Part shown: one piece after another, positions 14,728 to 20,000 of the stretch | Layout: each line of letters begins with the position of its first letter | Numbering within the stretch: the stretch's first letter is position 1 | Virus record (IMG/VR): IMGVR_UViG_3300025879_000018 | Direction: 5' to 3' (one strand) | Length of the DNA: 20,000 bases | Source: an uncultured virus (IMG/VR IMGVR_UViG_3300025879_000018) | Taxonomy: Duplodnaviria; Heunggongvirae; Uroviricota; Caudoviricetes; Crassvirales | Program-made: the position numbers and the translations under genes | The notes under the pieces: generated by a model | Seen by the model: the letters and a program-made list of their open reading frames with translations, nothing else | The model's database searches: none | Told to the model about the DNA's origin: nothing

Positions 14728-15549
14728 TCAGATTAAATTAAACAATGCAAAGGTGTTCGTATCCTTTGTTGGGTTTGAGAGCCATCTATCGATGTTCTCG
14801 ATTGCAGACCAAAACTTCCGTTCTCCACTTGCGATGGTAGACTCTGAAGCTTTGTAAACGGCACACAGGTAAGGCTTTGACTTTTGTTGACAAACCCAAT
14901 AAAAGGTGTCAATTCCTAACACTGCGGTGTAGATGTAAGCTTGAATGTCATAGTTGTAACTATTGACATCGTACTTAAATCCACTTATAGAGCGAGTAGT
15001 TTTGCTATCTGAGATGAATCCATCTCCTAGTACATCAAGAAACCCTCTCACAGGTATCTCTCCTATCCATCCGTTAATCTCGTACTGAGCATCTCCAGTT
15101 AGATAGTCTCGAACCATTTTAATTTCGCCAGTCTCGGTATCGAGTACTTCGGAGTTGTCGAGGCGGAGAATCATATTCTCAGCCATCGACATATCCTCCT
15201 CAGAGACTATGAGTTTACCCGAATCTTCCGCTTCCTTTTGTTGTGTCGCCACAGCCTCTTTATAGGCTTTGGAAGACCTAGGATTCTTATAGTCTTTGCT
15301 TAGCGCTGAGACTATCTCAGCATCGTCTAACACATAAAACTGTTCGTGAGCCTTCTCTGGTTCAAGGAGTAGACAATCGTATAGTTTACCAAAGGACAGC
15401 GCAGGAGAATCCTTTCGGAGCAGACCCCTCATATACAATTCAAACAGCTTCATATCTTGGTCACGAGAGCCATCCGCAGCATACTTGAGAGCGGAGTACG
15501 AAACATACCCCTTACCTGTTACCTCTTGTAATCTAAGTGCAAAGTCCAT
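14728..15549 (-). CDS. PD-(D/E)xK exonuclease (RecE/exonuclease VIII, DUF3799-like)
   Basis: SYSALK...ALSFGKLYDCLLLEP...VRGFLDVL...ISDSKTT...YDIQAYIY. Confidence 0.8.
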   Translation of the reverse strand: MDFALRLQEVTGKGYVSYSALKYAADGSRDQDMKLFELYMRGLLRKDSPALSFGKLYDCLLLEPEKAHEQFYVLDDAEIVSALSKDYKNPRSSKAYKEAVATQQKEAEDSGKLIVSEEDMSMAENMILRLDNSEVLDTETGEIKMVRDYLTGDAQYEINGWIGEIPVRGFLDVLGDGFISDSKTTRSISGFKYDVNSYNYDIQAYIYTAVLGIDTFYWVCQQKSKPYLCAVYKASESTIASGERKFWSAIENIDRWLSNPTKDTNTFALFNLI

Positions 15550-16127
15550 TACTTAACGAATTTCTTGAGTGCGCCTAGTTGTTTCTCAGAGAAAGTACTT
15601 CCGTACTTACTTTCGATTTGAGAATAAGCTTGTTTTTTGTCTTTAGCAGACTTTAAGTAATCAATACACTTTTGGAATGCATCAGAAGTAGGAGAAGCTG
15701 TAGAATTAGAAGTTGATTGTGAACTAGTACTCTTTCCGTGAGTGTTGGTGGCATCAGCATCCTTGGTATCGTCAATCAAGAACATACCATTGAGTGCATA
15801 CTTTCTAGCATATGAGCTAGAACTACCATAAGACTGAGCGATATCCATACCCTTACGATTAGGGTCTATCCCTGCTTGTGCTGAAGCATAAATGCTATCA
15901 GCACCATCAGTAACTACTACGGTTGCATTGATAAACACAGCTCCGCCTACCTCCATAACCTCATCGGTTACACGCATAGACAAACCATTGCTTGCAAGTA
16001 AAGGCTTAACAGATTCTAAGATGTCCTCAGCTGAGCGGTAAGCATACTTACCAAAGCTGTTATATTGCCCCTTAGGAGCTTTTAGTTCTGACTGCACTTT
16101 GATAAGTGCTTTGTTTAATTTTTCCAT
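15549..16127 (-). CDS. erf: ERF-family single-strand annealing protein
   Basis: LKAPKGQYNSFGKYAYRSAEDILESVKPLL...AQSYGSSSSYARKYALNGMFLIDDTKDAD, the ERF signature. Confidence 0.92.
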   Translation of the reverse strand: MEKLNKALIKVQSELKAPKGQYNSFGKYAYRSAEDILESVKPLLASNGLSMRVTDEVMEVGGAVFINATVVVTDGADSIYASAQAGIDPNRKGMDIAQSYGSSSSYARKYALNGMFLIDDTKDADATNTHGKSTSSQSTSNSTASPTSDAFQKCIDYLKSAKDKKQAYSQIESKYGSTFSEKQLGALKKFVK

Positions 16128-16172
16128 TTGGTTGAATTGAATTTAAGGCAAGTTAAAAAATAATTTCAGTAA

Positions 16173-16586
16173 TCAAAGAGTTTTTCGATAAAAAATTCTT
16201 TCGGGCATTGTTCCGTAGTACCAAGAGGTAACACCACAAAGCCATAGCTCTTCGCCAGTATCAGCGTGTTCGTAGTCAGCGCCATCTCCGAAGGGGTCTT
16301 CCTTAGTCTTTATTAGTATCTCTGCTTCATCGAAATGTTCTAGAGATACGTGAAGGGTAACATCGTTCCTATCCCAAGACCTCAAGCTCTCAAGCAAATC
16401 ATCAGCACCCTCTACCATCTCTAGATTCCACTTGCCACCCTTCCATTCTGGAAGGTCGACATACCATCTACCATTATGTTCTTTGTAGAATCTAAACTCT
16501 CTTGTAGTCTTACCTAAGTGAGACGGCAAGAGAGAGATGATGAATGATTTGATACGCTTGTAAATATTTTTGATTTTTGTTTGCAT
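16173..16586 (-). CDS. DUF6717-like protein
   Basis: FYKE..GRWYVDLPEW...LEMVEGADDLL...LWLCGVT..YYG.MPERIF. Confidence 0.6.
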   Translation of the reverse strand: MQTKIKNIYKRIKSFIISLLPSHLGKTTREFRFYKEHNGRWYVDLPEWKGGKWNLEMVEGADDLLESLRSWDRNDVTLHVSLEHFDEAEILIKTKEDPFGDGADYEHADTGEELWLCGVTSWYYGTMPERIFYRKTL

Positions 16587-16623
16587 ATGTTTAGAATCTG
16601 TATTTATTATATAATTATCTATC

Positions 16624-16668
16624 TATTATATATCATTATCCCTTAGGGGGATAATGATTTATATAATA
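16624..16668. repeat. AT-rich inverted repeat/hairpin
   Basis: ATCATTATCCC (16632-16642) pairs with GGGATAATGAT (16648-16658). The stem extends through TATTATAT/ATATAATA past a 2-nt bulge. Confidence 0.85.
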
Positions 16669-16672
16669 TTAT

Positions 16673-16828
16673 CTAATAAGGGGGAGTTCGTTTACGTCTA
16701 AGTATAAATACTCTGTTGCCAACCTTGAATACCATAGAGCGCCCATTCACTCTTACTGAGTGAACAGGCACGCCTAGTACTTTTGTCTTAGAAGACAAGA
16801 AGGTATACAGCTTAGAAGGAATCAACAT
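16673..16828 (-). CDS. Possible small basic protein
   Basis: 3' part of ORF 16673..16906. The ATG at 16828 overlaps the end of the DUF932 gene by 17 nt. Confidence 0.35.
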   Translation of the reverse strand: MLIPSKLYTFLSSKTKVLGVPVHSVRVNGRSMVFKVGNRVFILRRKRTPPY

Positions 16829-17705
16829 TGATAAACTCTTGAAGAGTATTGGTATCAACCATCTTGAGTACCTCATTGTACCCAATGTTAGACAGCTTGT
16901 AACCACCGCCTACCATAAGGTAGGTGTTCTTAGCATCTACATCTCTCGGAGCTGCTACGTGGTTAGTGTAACGAGTCACTGCATTGAACAAAGACCATAG
17001 AGTCTTGCCGTGTGTATTGACCTCAGTAACAAGGGAATCAGCAAAGCTCTGCACTTGGTTTGACTTGCGAGTTGACACACTATCTTCGGGTGCATCAAGG
17101 CTTACCTTGAACATAGCACGGATGGTGCGGTCAACAGCCTCGTCAGTCAACGTAGTTGCATCGAAAGCTTTGTAAGTCTGAATCAAATTGAACTCCTCAC
17201 GGATAGCATCTTGTAGCTGTGATATACTCACTGAGATACTTGACTCTGCATTACGAGTGTGGCGGTGTTTAGACTTCATCTCCTTAAGGGTACGATAGAA
17301 TCCGTTGCTACACACTAACACTTTGTTAGCTACGCCAAAGGCGATAGATGTAGAGCCATCGTGAGAGTTCATAGCTGTGATAAATCTCTTGATATTAGAA
17401 GCACCTACACGTTCTTGCTCAAGCTCTGCTTGTAGGTATATCTTTTTACCACCTTGTAAAGAGCCACCATTAGTGATAGGGATACCTGCTACGTCAGTAA
17501 GCTCGACCATACGCTCCACAAGTTGGGAGTTCTGATAAGGTGTGTAACGCTCACCTGCTGTACCCAACCAAGCGTTGTTGTCATTACGGAAGATGCCGTA
17601 GCTCTCAGTAGGTAAACCATCCTCAGATACGAGAGGTTTCTTTTCTACTGACCAATTAAGTCCTGTCGATTGAAGGACATCGAAAGTTTTTTGAAAGTTA
17701 TCCAT
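16812..17705 (-). CDS. DUF932-family (TIGR03299-like) phage/plasmid protein
   Basis: GLNWSVEKKPL...RYTPYQN...GSLQGGKKIYLQ...NSHDGS...VCSNG...HRHT...TLWSLFNAVTRY. Start reassigned to ATG 17705, because the longer TTG start overlaps the promoter. Confidence 0.85.
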   Translation of the reverse strand: MDNFQKTFDVLQSTGLNWSVEKKPLVSEDGLPTESYGIFRNDNNAWLGTAGERYTPYQNSQLVERMVELTDVAGIPITNGGSLQGGKKIYLQAELEQERVGASNIKRFITAMNSHDGSTSIAFGVANKVLVCSNGFYRTLKEMKSKHRHTRNAESSISVSISQLQDAIREEFNLIQTYKAFDATTLTDEAVDRTIRAMFKVSLDAPEDSVSTRKSNQVQSFADSLVTEVNTHGKTLWSLFNAVTRYTNHVAAPRDVDAKNTYLMVGGGYKLSNIGYNEVLKMVDTNTLQEFINVDSF

Positions 17706-17738
17706 AAGATTGAATTTAATTTGGCGTTGTTGCCGTTG

Positions 17739-17770
17739 CAAATATATAATTATCGAAGTGCCGATGTCAA
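17739..17770 (-). promoter_or_regulatory. Bacteroidetes sigma-ABfr-type promoter (-33 TTG / -7 TAnnTTTG)
   Basis: Minus strand TTG (17770-17768), 21-nt spacer, then TATATTTG (17746-17739), ~34 nt upstream of the DUF932 ATG. Confidence 0.75.
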
Positions 17771-17836
17771 GCAATCAGTCATATTTTTTTTCGTAAAAAT
17801 AGCTAACTGCTTGATTATCAGCGAGAAAAATTTTAT

Positions 17837-18070
17837 CTAGATTGAATCGAAGTAGCGTTGAAACATAGTGCCAGCGTCCTCGTCAAGCTCGGATGCACAC
17901 ATCATAATCTCCATAGGCACACCATTCTCGTGCTGTAACCCCTCCTCCACAAACAAAACCTTTTCGGGTTCAGAGTCTCCGTGTGAGCGGAAGCTCACCT
18001 CAATCTCTTCTAGATTGTTTCCTTGCATATGTAACTCTACAAGGAACATCATTAAGTCATTAGCCGTCAT
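17837..18070 (-). CDS. Small acidic hypothetical protein
   Basis: 77 aa, E/D-rich, in the early-gene cluster. Confidence 0.7.
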   Translation of the reverse strand: MTANDLMMFLVELHMQGNNLEEIEVSFRSHGDSEPEKVLFVEEGLQHENGVPMEIMMCASELDEDAGTMFQRYFDSI

Positions 18071-18072
18071 AG

Positions 18073-18549
18073 TTATTTATTTATATTTACTTTTAATAAT
18101 CTATCTGCATAGATATTGCAGGTTTTACCTGCTGTAGCTATCTCTACATAGTTCTCTGCGTGGCTATGGATATCACATATGAATGTAACATCGCCACGTC
18201 TTACTCCAAGGTCTTCAAGACCTTCAGCGTCAACTATGACTACCTCATCACCCTCCTCCAAAGGAGTGTCGAACTTATCATTAGCCTTGACCTCTCTGAT
18301 GATGGTCATACCATCAAAGAATAGGCTAGGGTATTCGCCAGATTCTCCTACGAACCCACACTGATAACACTTGCTATCGAGTCCATTGTCTATGAACTGA
18401 ACCGTACCACAGTTACCACAAGTAACTAAGTCATAGCCTAGCTTGTTTGCGACAGCCTCAGCTATTGTAATTTGATTCTTAGCAAGTGTCTCTCCCTTGC
18501 TCCAAGTATTGTTACGTTGTCTAGTTATTACTTTGCTTGTTGTTTTCAT
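18073..18549 (-). CDS. Zinc-ribbon (CxxC...CxxC) protein with possible SH3-like C-terminal domain
   Basis: CGNCG...CYQCG motif and PLEEGDEVVIV...GD...IYADRL. The start at 18549 gives an ATGA overlap with the upstream gene. Confidence 0.7.
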   Translation of the reverse strand: MKTTSKVITRQRNNTWSKGETLAKNQITIAEAVANKLGYDLVTCGNCGTVQFIDNGLDSKCYQCGFVGESGEYPSLFFDGMTIIREVKANDKFDTPLEEGDEVVIVDAEGLEDLGVRRGDVTFICDIHSHAENYVEIATAGKTCNIYADRLLKVNINK

Positions 18550-18929
18550 ATTCTGTTTTCTTTTATCCAATTGAAACTTTTATCGATTACTTTCATTATC
18601 TCTTCACTAGTCCAAAACTTTTTCTCCTCATCGGAGATGGGTACTTTGTGAAAGATATCTTCTCTCCATTGTCTACTAGGTGGGTGGTACACACCATTTT
18701 TATCCCAATAAGCAAAGTCAAGTACATCACCACCATCAGCGAGTTCAAAGTCGTAGTAGCTTAGATAGTTATCTAACTCCTCTATGTCTACTCGCTCTAT
18801 GTCGAGTAGCCAACTTGACTCATCGTAAGAGTCTTCCCACTCTATACTATTTATAGTACCATCTTCATTGACACATAGTGTGCCGTGGCTACTGATAAAA
18901 TCCATAGGTATTAATTCTTTATTTGTCAT
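18546..18929 (-). CDS. Acidic hypothetical protein
   Basis: 127 aa, D/E-rich, ATGA-coupled. Confidence 0.75.
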   Translation of the reverse strand: MTNKELIPMDFISSHGTLCVNEDGTINSIEWEDSYDESSWLLDIERVDIEELDNYLSYYDFELADGGDVLDFAYWDKNGVYHPPSRQWREDIFHKVPISDEEKKFWTSEEIMKVIDKSFNWIKENRI

Positions 18930-19114
18930 AGTCCTTTTTCTTTGAGGTAAAGCTCACCGCACGTTGCGATAAGGTCGTCTACGTTAATAGTAAATGTTCC
19001 ACATTCCTCTAGATTCTCACGAGCCTCTTGCCCAATTTGAGATTCTAAGTCGTATTGGTCTTGGTCGCTACCGCTGAAGTACCACGCCAAGAAATCTGCT
19101 TTGTCTATATTCAT
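18926..19114 (-). CDS. Acidic hypothetical protein
   Basis: 62 aa, ATGA-coupled on both sides. Confidence 0.7.
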   Translation of the reverse strand: MNIDKADFLAWYFSGSDQDQYDLESQIGQEARENLEECGTFTINVDDLIATCGELYLKEKGL

Positions 19115-19347
19115 AGCTCAGTTTCTTTTATTATAAATTGTTGGTCAGTATTTCCGTTCGACATAAAGCAAAAGTAAAGTTCATCTAAGTCTTTCTCAGA
19201 GCTATATGTTAAGCCGTACGTTCTAAAAAAGTCGAAAGCCAATTGATTTTTAAGATTGATAGCTTCACTATAGGACTTAAATGTCCATACATTTACATCG
19301 CAATCTCTCTCGATGATTTGTACTAGTGTAAATACTTTCATAGTCAT
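19111..19347 (-). CDS. Hypothetical protein
   Basis: 78 aa, ATGA-coupled to the downstream gene. Confidence 0.7.
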   Translation of the reverse strand: MTMKVFTLVQIIERDCDVNVWTFKSYSEAINLKNQLAFDFFRTYGLTYSSEKDLDELYFCFMSNGNTDQQFIIKETEL

Positions 19348-19378
19348 TGAAAATTTAAGAGGGGGTCTAAGCCCCCTC
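19348..19378 (-). terminator. Probable intrinsic terminator/attenuator
   Basis: GAGGGGG-cttaga-CCCCCTC stem (19359-19378) followed by TTAAATTTTC on the minus strand, just after the stop at 19387. Confidence 0.65.
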
Positions 19379-19386
19379 GTTATTAA

Positions 19387-19977
19387 TTACTTGTCGTAGT
19401 TAAGTTTAGCACTTACCATTACCTCAAGGCTATCAGCGAACTGCTGAATAGCTGTGTGAATCATAGACTCAACAGCATCTTGACTAATGCCACGTCCACC
19501 TTGATTCTCAATCTCCTCAGAGATTAGTTGGTGCATACCATCTCGGTCTGCAATCTTCTCGGAAACAGTTTGAGCAAGGATGTCTATGTCAAGGGCATCA
19601 GTAATTTGCTCTTGAAGTGCGGAGTAGTCTAAATGCTCTGCAATAGACTCAGAATCAAAGTAAGCGGCAACATCCGATAAGTCGATGTAACGAGCTAAGT
19701 CATCTTTGTCTATGTGGTAGGCTATGTCTGAGGTGTCCAAATTTTCTACTAAATCGTACATATCTACGGAACAAGCAAGGTCTTCGTAGCTGAAATTATC
19801 CTTAGCAATTTCATTCCAATCGGTATCCTCAAGGATTGACAAGGCACTGCGTAGTTTACCTATGTCTTGATTGTTGTCTTGTAATAACTTACGTAGGTTA
19901 AAGTTATCGTTGCGTAGAATCTCTACCTCTGATTGGATTTTGTCAAGACCCAAGAACTTAATGATTGCGTTTTTCAT
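19387..19977 (-). CDS. Acidic protein with N-terminal coiled coil and 9-residue tandem repeats
   Basis: 196 aa with repeated DxxD[LIV]Axx[ILF] units. Confidence 0.8.
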   Translation of the reverse strand: MKNAIIKFLGLDKIQSEVEILRNDNFNLRKLLQDNNQDIGKLRSALSILEDTDWNEIAKDNFSYEDLACSVDMYDLVENLDTSDIAYHIDKDDLARYIDLSDVAAYFDSESIAEHLDYSALQEQITDALDIDILAQTVSEKIADRDGMHQLISEEIENQGGRGISQDAVESMIHTAIQQFADSLEVMVSAKLNYDK

Positions 19978-20000
19978 TTGTTTGAAATTTAAATGTTGAT

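Noticed and set aside
7590..18764. Plus-strand ORFs within the minus-strand arm (e.g. 7590, 8649, 9757, 10416, 10845, 11226, 11904, 13556, 13973, 16984, 17868, 18537)
   Set aside because: Antisense to better-supported genes, many with non-ATG starts, and with no recognisable motifs.
1..20000. Stop-codon reassignment as in some crAss-like phages
   Set aside because: Code 11 gives full-length, tightly packed genes, and TAG, TGA and TAA all occur at plausible gene ends.
1..20000. tRNA genes, integrase, introns or inteins
   Set aside because: No cloverleaf/T-arm signature, tyrosine or serine recombinase motif, split gene or intein motif was seen by eye.

Overview
AT-rich genome fragment of a tailed dsDNA phage, most likely infecting Bacteroidetes (Flavobacteriia-like). 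Host evidence: no Shine-Dalgarno motifs, A-rich start contexts, a TAnnTTTG promoter, and DUF5675 and BT4734/VirE_N family genes. Two arms converge at an intrinsic terminator (~6358-6379). The + arm (1-6371) holds the 3' part of a giant LPD38-type virion protein and a lysis cassette (holin-like protein, DUF5675 protein, lipoprotein with u-spanin topology). The - arm (6459-19977) is a densely overlapped early/replication region: GIY-YIG nuclease, T7 endonuclease I-like resolvase, AEP primase-SF4 helicase fusion, Nmad1/DUF1599, MazG, DnaA domain IV-like proteins, SSB, PD-(D/E)xK exonuclease, ERF, DUF6717, DUF932 and many small ORFs. The most unusual structure is at 11142-11905: four copies of a ~25-nt motif (consensus AAACCTTTAACACCAAAGAGAAATG-A) each supply the start codon of a small gene, and one gene head is duplicated, suggesting a shufflable gene-cassette array. 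All family assignments come from motif recognition by eye, not database searches.
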